The notes under the pieces: model-generated
Told to the model about the DNA's origin: nothing
What the model saw: only the letters and a program-made list of their open reading frames with translations
The model's database searches: none
Made by a program: the position numbers and the translations under genes
IMG/VR virus record: IMGVR_UViG_3300017933_000003
Span: 1-64,000 of that record
Direction: 5' to 3' (one strand)
Source of the DNA: a virus
Lineage: Duplodnaviria > Caudoviricetes
Length of the DNA stretch: 64,000 nt
Shown: positions 49,951 to 59,770 of the stretch, piece by piece
How positions within the stretch are numbered: position 1 is the stretch's first letter
Layout of the letters: every line of letters begins with the position of its first letter

Positions 49951-50676
49951 TTATTTGGAAGTTCGACTACCGCGTGAAAAATCTTTTTTCTTGGTGTCGC
50001 GTCTCCACTGGGGCATTGCTTCTCCAAAGATTTGTGTTTCTGTTCCAGGACCACCAGTTCGTTGAATAGCATATCCTCCAGGAAGAATGGTGAATGGAGC
50101 CTTCAAGCTATTGAGATAGTTAAGTGGAGCATTTTGAGGCAAAGAAGCATAAGGATTAAAGAAGTTTGGGAAAACGAAATCGCTGACCGAAACATTCACT
50201 CCATTGACCATAATACCATATCCAACTTGTTCCACCGGATCGCACATTTCTTGACACCAAGAAGTTGTTCCATTATCACAAAATACATTGGTAAATCGAT
50301 CCATGAAGGTTTCTAATACCTCATGACTCAAAGTGGCAGACACAGTATACTGTCCGGGATTAGCGGGATTGAAGTTTAGGACTGCTCCACCGTTAGTCAA
50401 AATGGGTTGACACATGATGTATCCGTCAATTTTGCCACTAGTTTCTTCTTGATGGAAACCTAAAGCACCGGCTACTTGAGCATCGCTATCTATGATATGA
50501 ATCAACCAAGCATATCCAGGAACTGTGTTTTTGTTTGGATAGAATTTAATTGGTATGGATTTCTGATTCCATGCGGGCGCGAAATGAAGATCTAACTGAA
50601 TCTGAATGGCTTGACACATAGTATTAACTTGATCATTAGTTACCATAGTAGATTCGTTGATAACGGCAATTAACAT
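49951..50676 (-). CDS. putative zincin-like metallopeptidase
   Basis: GALGFH...TLSHEVLE...EMCDPVE motif. Confidence 0.55.
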   Translation of the reverse strand: MLIAVINESTMVTNDQVNTMCQAIQIQLDLHFAPAWNQKSIPIKFYPNKNTVPGYAWLIHIIDSDAQVAGALGFHQEETSGKIDGYIMCQPILTNGGAVLNFNPANPGQYTVSATLSHEVLETFMDRFTNVFCDNGTTSWCQEMCDPVEQVGYGIMVNGVNVSVSDFVFPNFFNPYASLPQNAPLNYLNSLKAPFTILPGGYAIQRTGGPGTETQIFGEAMPQWRRDTKKKDFSRGSRTSK

Positions 50677-50825
50677 ATTGTCCTCCTAGCAATTATTTCT
50701 TAAACATATGATCTATTATGAGTAGTAGTGGATAAATACTTTTCTCGAACGAGATGTGGTCGGGAGAGTTATATGAGAGAGGGTTGCGCAAGTGTCGGGA
50801 GCCTTTATGAAAAATTGGACACCCC

Positions 50826-50854
50826 TTGACATTCAATTTTCTAAGATTTACCTT
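50826..50854 (+). promoter_or_regulatory. sigma70-like promoter of tsf
   Basis: CCCTTGACA-17 nt-TACCTT; AGGAGG RBS follows. Confidence 0.5.
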
Positions 50855-50876
50855 ATACTACTAGGAGGAAACTATT

Positions 50877-51788
50877 ATGAGCAACACCGATCTGATCAAA
50901 GAGCTGCGTGCGTTGACCCAAGCTGGTATGAAGGACTGCAAAGAAGCTTTAGAGGAAGCCGGATGGGACCTACAGAAAGCTGTAGATATCGTCAAGGTCA
51001 AGGGACTCAATATTGCAGATGGTCGTAGTGGTCGTGTTGCTTCTGAAGGTCGTGTAGTCATTGTAGATAATGGTAAGGGTAAATGGGCTACTATGGTAGA
51101 AGTTAATTGCCAAACCGACTTCGTAGCTAATAGCGAAGGTTTCATTGCTTTTGCTAATGATGTTGCTGTTGGCGTAGCTCAAGTAATGTTTGCATGTTCG
51201 GATCCTAGCAAATTTGATGTAGGAGCTTTTGAAGACGCTCGTAAGGCTGTTGTTGCCTCTACTAAAGAGAATGTGGTGGTTCGTCGATGGTGGGGAGAAG
51301 AATCTTTGGACCCTTCTGTGAGGGTATTCTCTTACACTCACTCCAATAATAAACTAGGAGTTTTGTTGAGTCTAAAAGCTCCAAGTGAAATGGCAGCGCA
51401 TCATGAAGATTTCATTAAGTTGGGCGAGGAACTAGCGATGCAGGTTGCTGCTATGAACCCGCTAGCCGTTTCTGTGGATCGTTTGGCTCCAGAGGAAGTC
51501 GCTCGTCAGAAGACTATTTTCGAGACACAGCTTCAAGAAATGAACAAGCCACAAGCTGCTTGGCCCAAGATTATGGAAGGCAAAATGCGCAAGTGGAACA
51601 CTGAGGTATGCCTTTTGGAACAGGAGTCGGTGGTTGTTCCTAAGACTACCGTTGAACAAGTTATAAAGAGTGTTAGTGCCAAAGTTGGTGGCGAAATTAC
51701 CATTGTGAATTTCGTGCGCTGCCAAGTCGGTGAAGGTATCGACAAGAAACAAGACAACCTCGCTGAGGAAGTCGCTAAGATGATGTAA
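50877..51788 (+). CDS. tsf: translation elongation factor Ts
   Basis: IKELRALTQAGMKDCKEAL, EVNCQTDFVA, AMQVAAMNP, CLLEQ, FVRCQVGEGI. Confidence 0.95.
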   Translation: MSNTDLIKELRALTQAGMKDCKEALEEAGWDLQKAVDIVKVKGLNIADGRSGRVASEGRVVIVDNGKGKWATMVEVNCQTDFVANSEGFIAFANDVAVGVAQVMFACSDPSKFDVGAFEDARKAVVASTKENVVVRRWWGEESLDPSVRVFSYTHSNNKLGVLLSLKAPSEMAAHHEDFIKLGEELAMQVAAMNPLAVSVDRLAPEEVARQKTIFETQLQEMNKPQAAWPKIMEGKMRKWNTEVCLLEQESVVVPKTTVEQVIKSVSAKVGGEITIVNFVRCQVGEGIDKKQDNLAEEVAKMM

Positions 51789-51796
51789 GGTGTAAA

Positions 51797-52081
51797 ATGG
51801 ATACTCAAATTTTATTAGACAAGTTAACAAAGGCTGTATCTTTTCAGTTCAAAGATGATAAGACTTCTCCTGGCGTGACCGTCTCCGCCCTCAAAAAGGG
51901 TTATTACTGCTCCGTGGTTCGCTATACTGGCGCTATCGCTAAGGGCAAAATAGTAGTGTGTTCAGCTCGTGGCGATACTCTTGACCAAGCTTTACAGGGC
52001 GCGGCTAAGGAGTTTCTAACTAAGATTAATATGCAGCCCGATCCTGTTCAGCAGTTGGATACCTTGGTGCGGAGCTCCTAA
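51797..52081 (+). CDS. hypothetical protein
   Basis: 94-aa ORF. Confidence 0.6.
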   Translation: MDTQILLDKLTKAVSFQFKDDKTSPGVTVSALKKGYYCSVVRYTGAIAKGKIVVCSARGDTLDQALQGAAKEFLTKINMQPDPVQQLDTLVRSS

Positions 52082-52449
52082 TGAATCGTGAAGACCTTCT
52101 TAGAGAGATGCGAACCAGTATTGGAACCCAGGCACCCCTCGTCTTTTTCGAGAAAATGACAGATCTATTAGGGCTATTGTTTGATCGTATTGATGAGTTG
52201 GAAGAAACCGTGAGTCAGCTTAAAACCCGCAGTGCTTTATCCATTCAGTGGGAGCCTAAGGTGGCGTCTGATATGCTCGCTAAAGAAATTGAGAAGCTTA
52301 AAACAGCCGATCGAGACACCTATGCTCTTGAGATTGCCACTCTTCGTCGAGCCTATGCTGAAAATATAATAACCCAAGAATATGTCGATTTCTGTCGTTT
52401 CTGGCAAGACAATTTAGGCTATCATCCTTTCTTGGATTACGACCGATGA
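52081..52449 (+). CDS. hypothetical protein
   Basis: 122-aa ORF, translationally coupled. Confidence 0.6.
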   Translation: MNREDLLREMRTSIGTQAPLVFFEKMTDLLGLLFDRIDELEETVSQLKTRSALSIQWEPKVASDMLAKEIEKLKTADRDTYALEIATLRRAYAENIITQEYVDFCRFWQDNLGYHPFLDYDR

Positions 52450-52733
52450 ATGCGTTGGCAGCTTTCAAACGAGCCCTCTTCTACATATCGAGTGTGTGTT
52501 CTTCACGAACGCTCAACAAACCTGGTGCAATTATCGAAAGACTATCTGACAATGACCGTCTGGAATTGAGAAAGCTCAAATCATCCGATATCGATGGTAG
52601 CGTCGAAAGAATAGACGACTTGAAGTATTTTGTTGGTTCAGACGAGTATTATCGGAATAAAGAGTTTGAGAAGGATTGTTTAGAGTTCGATAAAAAAATC
52701 GCAAAAGGGATTCCTACACCAAAGAAATACTAA
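52446..52733 (+). CDS. hypothetical protein
   Basis: ATGA overlap. Confidence 0.55.
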   Translation: MNALAAFKRALFYISSVCSSRTLNKPGAIIERLSDNDRLELRKLKSSDIDGSVERIDDLKYFVGSDEYYRNKEFEKDCLEFDKKIAKGIPTPKKY

Positions 52734-52898
52734 TGAACTTATTTGGACGTGTTAAGGTTAAAGAAACTCTTAGAATCTCTAAAAAAGATTTGTATAAGCT
52801 ATTGGATGAGAATCGACACATGCAAAGACAAATTGCAGAATTACAAGCCGATAACACCAGGCTACTTTTGGAAAATCGAGAACTAAGGAATGTAACTC

Positions 52899-53132
52899 AT
52901 GGATAATGATTTGGAGGCGATGACTCTCGAAGAGCTCAAGGTAGAAATCAAAAAACTTCGAGCCGGAATTAGACAGCATCGTGACGCCTCGATGCACGAT
53001 CTTTGTTGGTATGTCCCTGAATTGTGGAACTTATTGCCCGAGAAGGTCGAGCCGCAGCCCCAAGTTCCGCCGACTGAAGAGTTCTTACAGTGCTGTCAGA
53101 TTTATCGTAAATCTTTGGACAAAAAAGTATAG
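52899..53132 (+). CDS. hypothetical protein
   Basis: AAGGA RBS; 77 aa. Confidence 0.6.
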   Translation: MDNDLEAMTLEELKVEIKKLRAGIRQHRDASMHDLCWYVPELWNLLPEKVEPQPQVPPTEEFLQCCQIYRKSLDKKV

Positions 53133-53158
53133 CAATCCTAGGTATATAGTTAGTATAC

Positions 53159-53230
53159 TCAGGGTTCGACTAATGGTAGGTCGTCATTTTCCGAAGATGC
53201 AAAATGTGGGTTCGAATCCCACACCCTGAA
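53159..53230 (+). tRNA. tRNA with CCG anticodon (Arg) on a Gln-like body
   Basis: TCAGGGT/ACCCTGA+A; loop TTCCGAA; canonical T arm; no encoded CCA. Confidence 0.7.
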
Positions 53231-53273
53231 CAAAATTAACTTTTAATGTATATGGATAACGAAGCATTAATGT

Positions 53274-54185
53274 ATGGCTAAGAAAATTATAATTTTAGAT
53301 GAAGAAAAATTTGAAATTAAAAGTTTGTATCAACAAGGTTTAACGATTAAAGAAATTGCCTCTCAATTTGGAATTGAAAAGAGGAATATTTCTAAAATTC
53401 TTAAAGGGTTAACGAAAACTGGTCGATTCGTAGGAATGACTGTAAATGATATTTTTACAGAAAACTCTACCTACAATAGAACCAATCTAAGAACAAGAGT
53501 TTTAAAAGAAAAATTAATTGATTATGTGTGCGCTATTTGTAATATTAATGGATATTGGAATAATAAAGAACTTAAACTTCAAATTGATCATATCAATGGT
53601 ATCGCCACAGATAATAGAATCAACAATTTAAGATTTTTGTGTCCAAATTGTCATTCACAGACTGAAACTTTTGGTACTAAAAATAGTGCCACAAATAAAA
53701 AGAATAAAATATTTGAGTTTCCTCTTGCCGAATTAAAACTAATTATTAGATCCTCAAAGAGTTTTAGCGAAATAGTTAAAAATATAGGTATGCCAGTTCA
53801 TGGGGATTGTTTTAGATATCTTAAACAAGTTATAGTAGAAAATAACATAGATATTTCTCATATAACTATGCGATATCAAACGCAAAGAAATAAAAATTAT
53901 GATATCCCAACAGATCAATTGTTAGTAGCAGATTCAACATATCATTCAAAAACAGTTAAAGATAGAATAATCAAAGAACATTTATTATTTAATAAATGTT
54001 CTTTATGTGGTCTTGTCCCATGGTGGAATAATAAAGAATTAATTTTGCAGCTTGATCATATAAACGGCAAAAACAATGATCATAGGTTGGAGAACTTACG
54101 ATTGTTATGTTATAATTGTCATTCTCAAACCGATACATTTATGCTTGGAGCGCGTCGTTTGGCAGCCAAAAAAAATGATATTTAA
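53274..54185 (+). CDS. tandem double-HNH endonuclease with N-terminal HTH
   Basis: LQIDHING...NLRFLCPNCHSQT and LQLDHING...NLRLLCYNCHSQT. Confidence 0.85.
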   Translation: MAKKIIILDEEKFEIKSLYQQGLTIKEIASQFGIEKRNISKILKGLTKTGRFVGMTVNDIFTENSTYNRTNLRTRVLKEKLIDYVCAICNINGYWNNKELKLQIDHINGIATDNRINNLRFLCPNCHSQTETFGTKNSATNKKNKIFEFPLAELKLIIRSSKSFSEIVKNIGMPVHGDCFRYLKQVIVENNIDISHITMRYQTQRNKNYDIPTDQLLVADSTYHSKTVKDRIIKEHLLFNKCSLCGLVPWWNNKELILQLDHINGKNNDHRLENLRLLCYNCHSQTDTFMLGARRLAAKKNDI

Positions 54186-54585
54186 ATCAATTGGTAAAGT
54201 TGTTTATTCGCCAAGAACTCATCTTGCCTCAAGTGAGAATTGGGCGGCAGTTTTATGTGATGACAATATGTCTGCCTATTACAGGCATTTATATGAGATG
54301 GAATATCCATATCTTAATGGTGGACGAAGCATTAAATTAACACGTCCGATCTGGGGCGCTCATATCAGTTTTATTCGAGGATTTGAGAAATATAATCCCA
54401 AACTATGGCGTATGGATGAAGGCAAACTAATTGAGTTTGAGTACGAAGGCGGCGTTATAGACAACGGCGAATACTACTGGCTTAAGGTTCATTGCTCCTA
54501 TTTAGGAGATCTTCGGGAGAAGCTAGGACTTCGTCGTGAACCTAGGTTTGGATTTCATCTTACTATCGGAAGAACCACAGAATAA
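54175..54585 (+). CDS. 2H phosphoesterase family protein
   Basis: two Hx(S/T) motifs, AHISF and FHLTI; start placed at ATG 54175. Confidence 0.75.
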   Translation: MIFKSIGKVVYSPRTHLASSENWAAVLCDDNMSAYYRHLYEMEYPYLNGGRSIKLTRPIWGAHISFIRGFEKYNPKLWRMDEGKLIEFEYEGGVIDNGEYYWLKVHCSYLGDLREKLGLRREPRFGFHLTIGRTTE

Positions 54586-54587
54586 CA

Positions 54588-55256
54588 ATGTTAGACTACA
54601 ACGCATTCAATCTTTATTTAATTCGTCATGGACAATCCGTCGTAAATGTTCTTCCTGATCAAATGGGTCAATCTCCTGATGTTCCTCTCACTGATCGTGG
54701 CAGAGAACAAGCTAATTTATTGAAGCAGCGATTTATGAAAGAGGGTACCGCTTTTCTTCATGTCTTTTCTTCTCATTACACGCGCGCCTTAGACACCGCC
54801 AAGATCGTGACTCATCCTCATGAAGACATAATTCAAATTCATCAAGACTTGCGAGAATATAGCGCGGGTAATTGGGAAGGATCCAAGCGTAGCGAAATTC
54901 TAACGCCTCAAACCGTAATGCGTATGGGCTATATGACCAATGCGTTTCAACCGTCTGGTGGCGAATCTATGAACCAAGTAGAGCGCCGCGTATCTCAATG
55001 GATGGAAGAGGAAATCCTTTACAATCCATTAATTCAACATGAGGCTACTGTCCTTCGTGACCGCGGTTTTTCTAAAATGAACATCGCTATCTTTAGTCAC
55101 GGTATGACTATCAAGTGCTTACTACATCACATTATGGGCTTCGATAAGAGTTTTACGTGGAAGCTTACCTTAGAGAATACTTCGATTAGTAAGTTAGTCT
55201 TTGGAGAGGAAGGGTGGAGATTGATTACGATTAATGACCATGCTCATTTACTATAG
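54588..55256 (+). CDS. histidine phosphatase (phosphoglycerate mutase family)
   Basis: LIRHGQS, LTDRG, RALDTA, LRE, GGES and FSHG motifs. Confidence 0.9.
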   Translation: MLDYNAFNLYLIRHGQSVVNVLPDQMGQSPDVPLTDRGREQANLLKQRFMKEGTAFLHVFSSHYTRALDTAKIVTHPHEDIIQIHQDLREYSAGNWEGSKRSEILTPQTVMRMGYMTNAFQPSGGESMNQVERRVSQWMEEEILYNPLIQHEATVLRDRGFSKMNIAIFSHGMTIKCLLHHIMGFDKSFTWKLTLENTSISKLVFGEEGWRLITINDHAHLL

Positions 55257-55264
55257 GAGTTTGA

Positions 55265-55783
55265 ATGGGTGCTCAAGAGAGAAAAAGGCAGAAACGCATT
55301 CGAGAATATGTCATCAATCGAGATGGTTCATTATGCTGTTACTGTGATAAAGTTCTTACTGATGAAACAGTGACTTTAGAACATATCGTACCTGATAGTA
55401 AGAGGGGAACATTTAACACTACTAATTTAACTATAGCTTGCGCAGAATGCAACAATCGTCGAGGTAACAAACCATTCTTTGAGTATTGTAAGCAATTTAG
55501 TTGGGGTGAAGAAAAATTAGGTAAGTACAAAAGATTGTACTTCAATAATTTAAGAATCAAAGTTCTTAATATAGCTAAAGAAGAATGTCTGCAAGATGAT
55601 GAAGTGGTTCCATATATCATCATCAAAAAGGCTTGTCATGTTTTAAAAATCAAAAGCATGGACTTTTCGGACTATGAAAAGATGTATCAGTTCGAGATTA
55701 GGTTTGACGAGGCGTGTGATCGTAAAAAGATCAAGTATTGCTTTGAGCAATTAATTCGAATTATCGAAGCAGATAGCGAGTGA
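55265..55783 (+). CDS. HNH endonuclease
   Basis: RDGSLCCYC...TLEHIVP...NLTIACAECNNRRG. Confidence 0.82.
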   Translation: MGAQERKRQKRIREYVINRDGSLCCYCDKVLTDETVTLEHIVPDSKRGTFNTTNLTIACAECNNRRGNKPFFEYCKQFSWGEEKLGKYKRLYFNNLRIKVLNIAKEECLQDDEVVPYIIIKKACHVLKIKSMDFSDYEKMYQFEIRFDEACDRKKIKYCFEQLIRIIEADSE

Positions 55784-55807
55784 TATATCTACTGCAAGGA
55801 GTTTATT

Positions 55808-56098
55808 ATGAAAATATTTCCAATTAGAGATCAAGTGGTTGTGACGAAAGAAAAGGATGAAGAAAAGAAGTCTCCTGGTGGTATTATTCAGGTTATTGTT
55901 AGTAGTCCTAAACATGTGTCTGGTACGGTAGTTGCGGTCGGTTCAGGACGTGTTACTATGAGTGGTAATATTGTCCCTTTGGAGTTACAGCTCGGCGACC
56001 AGGTGTTGTTCAATCCCAACATGGCAACTGAGGTAACTGATGATACCGGCACTTTCTTTGTGATTAGGGAAGATGCTGTTCTTTCTACATTACGATAA
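55808..56098 (+). CDS. groES: co-chaperonin GroES-like protein
   Basis: PIRDQVVV...SPGGII...GTVVAVGSG...GDQVLF...IREDAVL. Confidence 0.88.
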   Translation: MKIFPIRDQVVVTKEKDEEKKSPGGIIQVIVSSPKHVSGTVVAVGSGRVTMSGNIVPLELQLGDQVLFNPNMATEVTDDTGTFFVIREDAVLSTLR

Positions 56099-56146
56099 TG
56101 GCAAGAACAGTAGTCAATAAGTATTATATTCTACGCATAATCTAGT

Positions 56147-56917
56147 ATGACTTTAGAGGGATATAATATGCAAAGAATTAAATGTGCAGACTGCAAAACA
56201 ACATCCGCTAAAAAATATGTAAGAGGATATTGTATTATTTGCTATAACAGGCTGTTAAAAAACGGTGCCTTATCTAAAATAGACAAGAATATACCAAAAA
56301 TTATTACTAACCATCAATTACAGATTATAAATGGTTTAATGTTGGGCGATGGTCATCTTGAAAGAAGATCGCCTACTCATAATACTATATTGCGAGTGGA
56401 ACGCTCAATTAAAGATGAGGATTATTTACGAGATAATTATAAATCATTTGAGGATTTCTGTGCATCCTCGCCGCGATTCCGAAAGAAAAATGGTGTACTG
56501 AGATTTATTAATTTTGCCACTCGAAGTGTTCCTGTATTTAACCATTTACATGATAAATGGTATAACAAAAAAACAAAGATTGTTCCTAGTGATATTAATT
56601 TAACTCCACTAACCTGTGCTATTTGGTTTTGTGATGATGGTTTCTTTCACAGGGCACGAGGTTATCTGCTAATGAAACTATGCACACACTCTTTCACTTT
56701 TGATGAAGTAGAAAGATTGGCAAATATTTTATCCAATAAATTATGTTGTCATTTTAGTCCGATTGCAATGCATAAGGATGAATCCACATATTACACTATA
56801 AATGGTGCAGGTCCGGCAGCTCGTAATTTTTATGATTACATACAAGAATGTTTTCCACTATCAATGTCAAGAAAAATAGATAATTTTAACATTCATAAGA
56901 TATGCGTCAAATATTGA
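56147..56917 (+). CDS. LAGLIDADG (type 2) homing endonuclease
   Basis: INGLMLGDGHL and AIWFCDDG...LCTHSFT. Confidence 0.85.
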   Translation: MTLEGYNMQRIKCADCKTTSAKKYVRGYCIICYNRLLKNGALSKIDKNIPKIITNHQLQIINGLMLGDGHLERRSPTHNTILRVERSIKDEDYLRDNYKSFEDFCASSPRFRKKNGVLRFINFATRSVPVFNHLHDKWYNKKTKIVPSDINLTPLTCAIWFCDDGFFHRARGYLLMKLCTHSFTFDEVERLANILSNKLCCHFSPIAMHKDESTYYTINGAGPAARNFYDYIQECFPLSMSRKIDNFNIHKICVKY

Positions 56918-57023
56918 TATGCCCGTCATGTTTAAAATCAAGTCAAGAGCTTGGTTGGAGAAGTTGAGAGAATATTGTAAGGGCGATGAAAGATTGTTTG
57001 AAAGGCTATCTTAAAAGGATACT

Positions 57024-58196
57024 ATGAGTAAGAAAATTAATTGGTCAGAGTTGACGCGACAATATTATACCAAGGTAGGAGAGCATTTTGACTTCTCACC
57101 TATGCGTATTGGTGGCGCTACGCTGACAGAAAATATCCTTCAAGAAGCTAAAGGAAATCTTTCCGAAATGGAAATATCCGGCTCCATTGAAGAAGATGAA
57201 AAGGATGAAGACGGTTTACGCTATTTACAAAAAATAGAAAAATTAGGTGGGCGTTTGCTTCATAAGTGGATGGGCAATAATTTTTCTACGGCAACCTTTT
57301 TGTTCGATCATGGCATTGTTCGAATTGAAGTCAGTATTAATTTTCTTAAGGCTCATGCCATCTCGACTGATGAAAAGTTTGTCACCAAGTTACAAAAAGA
57401 GATTTCTTCTGAGTTTTTGCCAGACATACAAGAAGGGCATATTTTTGCTATTGTACGCCAAGGTCAAAATCTTAACATTAGTTCTATTGGTAATGCTTCA
57501 GTTCCTTTGGTAGTTGGCAATTATACTAAAACAGTATTAACAGACTACAAGTATGCGATTAAAGACTTAAAGACGGCAAATCCATCGGGTCGTATTGTCA
57601 TTATGGAAGGGGAGCCGGGAACGGGTAAAACTCATTTAATTCGTGCTTTATTGACCGAAGTGCTAGATGCAATGTTTGTGTTAATTTCACCAGAAATGGT
57701 ACCTTCTTTAGCGGGTCCAGATCTTCTACCGTTACTGTTACAAAATAAACAAGCTTATGCTTTGAATGGTCCCATCGTTTTGGTATTGGAAGATGCAGAT
57801 CGTTGTCTAATAACTCGCGGAGGTGACAATATTAACTCTATTCAATCATTACTGAACTTAGGAGATGGTATTGTAGGTTCTCTATTAGATCTTCGTATCG
57901 TAGCCACTACCAACGCTAAAAAATTGGAAATGGAAGCCGCTATCTTGCGTCCGGGTCGCCTTAGTAAACGTATGGAAGTTGGTCCTTTGGACTTTAACAC
58001 GGCTCGCGGTGTCTTCAAGAGGCTACTACCAGAAACAGCTTATCCTGATAAATTACTAGTAGAACCGCACCTGGATGTTTTCAAAATGACTTTAGCGGAA
58101 GTGTATTCCTTAGCTCGTACTCACGGTTGGGAACCAGCAGTACGTGTAGCCAAAAAGAAAAACCTTCAGAAAAATTCAGCGTATTGGGATGATTGA
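57024..58196 (+). CDS. AAA+ ATPase
   Basis: GEPGTGKT Walker A; VLEDAD Walker B; ATTN; AILRPGRL. Confidence 0.9.
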   Translation: MSKKINWSELTRQYYTKVGEHFDFSPMRIGGATLTENILQEAKGNLSEMEISGSIEEDEKDEDGLRYLQKIEKLGGRLLHKWMGNNFSTATFLFDHGIVRIEVSINFLKAHAISTDEKFVTKLQKEISSEFLPDIQEGHIFAIVRQGQNLNISSIGNASVPLVVGNYTKTVLTDYKYAIKDLKTANPSGRIVIMEGEPGTGKTHLIRALLTEVLDAMFVLISPEMVPSLAGPDLLPLLLQNKQAYALNGPIVLVLEDADRCLITRGGDNINSIQSLLNLGDGIVGSLLDLRIVATTNAKKLEMEAAILRPGRLSKRMEVGPLDFNTARGVFKRLLPETAYPDKLLVEPHLDVFKMTLAEVYSLARTHGWEPAVRVAKKKNLQKNSAYWDD

Positions 58197-58240
58197 TTAG
58201 GGCATAAATCGACAGTTTAGTAATAACTGTCGGAGGACTA

Positions 58241-58486
58241 ATGCAACAGGGTGAATTAATCGTAACCGGTACTAATAGTATTGAAATCCCGCTACATCGT
58301 TTGATATATCCTGGTGAAGTGCATGTTCATTTCAAGGATAATGGTCTGGAACCAGTTCCTTGTGACCCGGGTAATGTTGATACGTTAGAATATGAAATCA
58401 GGAATAATTCTCTTGGCATCTTTATTCTTGTAATTAATTGGTCTGTTTCCAGTGTCCGAGAAATTAAGTGGCACGTTTCATATTGA
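58241..58486 (+). CDS. small beta-rich protein (tandem paralog 1)
   Basis: MQQGELIVTG...PVPC...INWSVSSVREIKW. Confidence 0.65.
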   Translation: MQQGELIVTGTNSIEIPLHRLIYPGEVHVHFKDNGLEPVPCDPGNVDTLEYEIRNNSLGIFILVINWSVSSVREIKWHVSY

Positions 58487-58495
58487 GGTAATATC

Positions 58496-58786
58496 ATGCA
58501 ACATGGGCAATTAACAGTAACTGGAAAGGATTCAACCAGTATCTTATTATTAGGTTTTCCTCGTGATGTGAATGTTCGTTTTGTTGAAATCGATCCTGTT
58601 CCATGTAACCCTCATCATCACCACCACCACGATCATTTGCATTACAGGATAGAAAAGGTAGATGAGGATTCTAGGCATCATCATGAGCCTGGACACCACC
58701 ATCATGATCGTCAATTTTACCTCTTTATTGAGTGGGAGGTGTCTGGTGTACGCGAAATTCGTTGGTCCGTCCATTTTAATAGGTAA
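58496..58786 (+). CDS. small beta-rich His-rich protein (tandem paralog 2)
   Basis: MQHGQLTVTG...PVPC-poly-His...IEWEVSGVREIRW. Confidence 0.65.
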   Translation: MQHGQLTVTGKDSTSILLLGFPRDVNVRFVEIDPVPCNPHHHHHHDHLHYRIEKVDEDSRHHHEPGHHHHDRQFYLFIEWEVSGVREIRWSVHFNR

Positions 58787-58788
58787 CA

Positions 58789-59754
58789 GTGAAAGTCCTT
58801 GTATATGGTTTTTATCACCAAGGAAATTTGGGGGATGATTTTTTTATTGAAGTTTTTAAGTTTTTGTTTCCTAATTACGAATTAATTTTCACAGAAATTA
58901 TTGATTCAGACAAATTAAAAGATGTAGATGCCGTTTTCTTTGGGGGCGGCTCTTTTCTTTTGGATCGTCCGAACATAACTTCAGATGCATTAAAGGCGCT
59001 CAAATACAAAAAGATATTATATATTGGTGTAGGGGTTGAAGCTGAAATCCATCCTATTCATGTGGAATTAATGTCACGTGCATTATTGATTGCTACACGT
59101 TCTATAGATAAAGTAGAATGTCTAAAACTCATTAATCCAAATATCAAATATATTCCAGATTTAGTGTATTCTTTACAGAATAAAGTAATACTATCTCAGA
59201 AAACTAATCATTCAGTTCTAATTATGCCTAATATGGTGGTTGTTCCGCAACGATCTAATCCGCATTGGCAACATGCGGCATGGGCTTACTTCAAATCAGA
59301 ATTTACTCAATTTTTAGATTGGTTGGTTGAGAACAATTATCACCCACACCTCTTTCCGATGTGTCGTGCAGCCGAGATAGACGATGAGTGGGCAGCTTCT
59401 GAACTCATCGGTCACATGGAACACCGTCACCAAGCACACTCTAACCCCATTCTTCCTGTTGGGTTTGCAGCTGCTACAGCTTTGGTTTCTCGCTATAAAA
59501 TTGTGGTGACCCAACGTTTTCATGGTATAGTTCTATCTGAAATGACCCGCACACCTTACTTAGCCATTCATCATCACGATAAGTTAAAACTATGTCAGCC
59601 TAATGAAGGAAAATTTTTATCTTATTATAATAGCTCCAAACATAGTCTTATCGATGCTTTTAATCAAGCACTTGTGATGAATTATAGAGACATTCTGCCA
59701 ATAAAAACCTCTATCTTTAAAGAGTTAGTTGACGAGGTAACAAATCTTTTATGA
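58789..59754 (+). CDS. polysaccharide pyruvyl transferase family protein
   Basis: YGFYHQGNLGDD, FGGGSFL, PDLV and TQRFHG motifs. Confidence 0.85.
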   Translation: MKVLVYGFYHQGNLGDDFFIEVFKFLFPNYELIFTEIIDSDKLKDVDAVFFGGGSFLLDRPNITSDALKALKYKKILYIGVGVEAEIHPIHVELMSRALLIATRSIDKVECLKLINPNIKYIPDLVYSLQNKVILSQKTNHSVLIMPNMVVVPQRSNPHWQHAAWAYFKSEFTQFLDWLVENNYHPHLFPMCRAAEIDDEWAASELIGHMEHRHQAHSNPILPVGFAAATALVSRYKIVVTQRFHGIVLSEMTRTPYLAIHHHDKLKLCQPNEGKFLSYYNSSKHSLIDAFNQALVMNYRDILPIKTSIFKELVDEVTNLL

Positions 59755-59770
59755 TATGGGTTGGTAGAGC

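Noticed and set aside
55265-55783. RNA-guided nuclease (IscB/Cas9-like HNH)
   Set aside because: It is only 172 aa, with no RuvC motifs or bridge helix and no adjacent non-coding space for a guide RNA.
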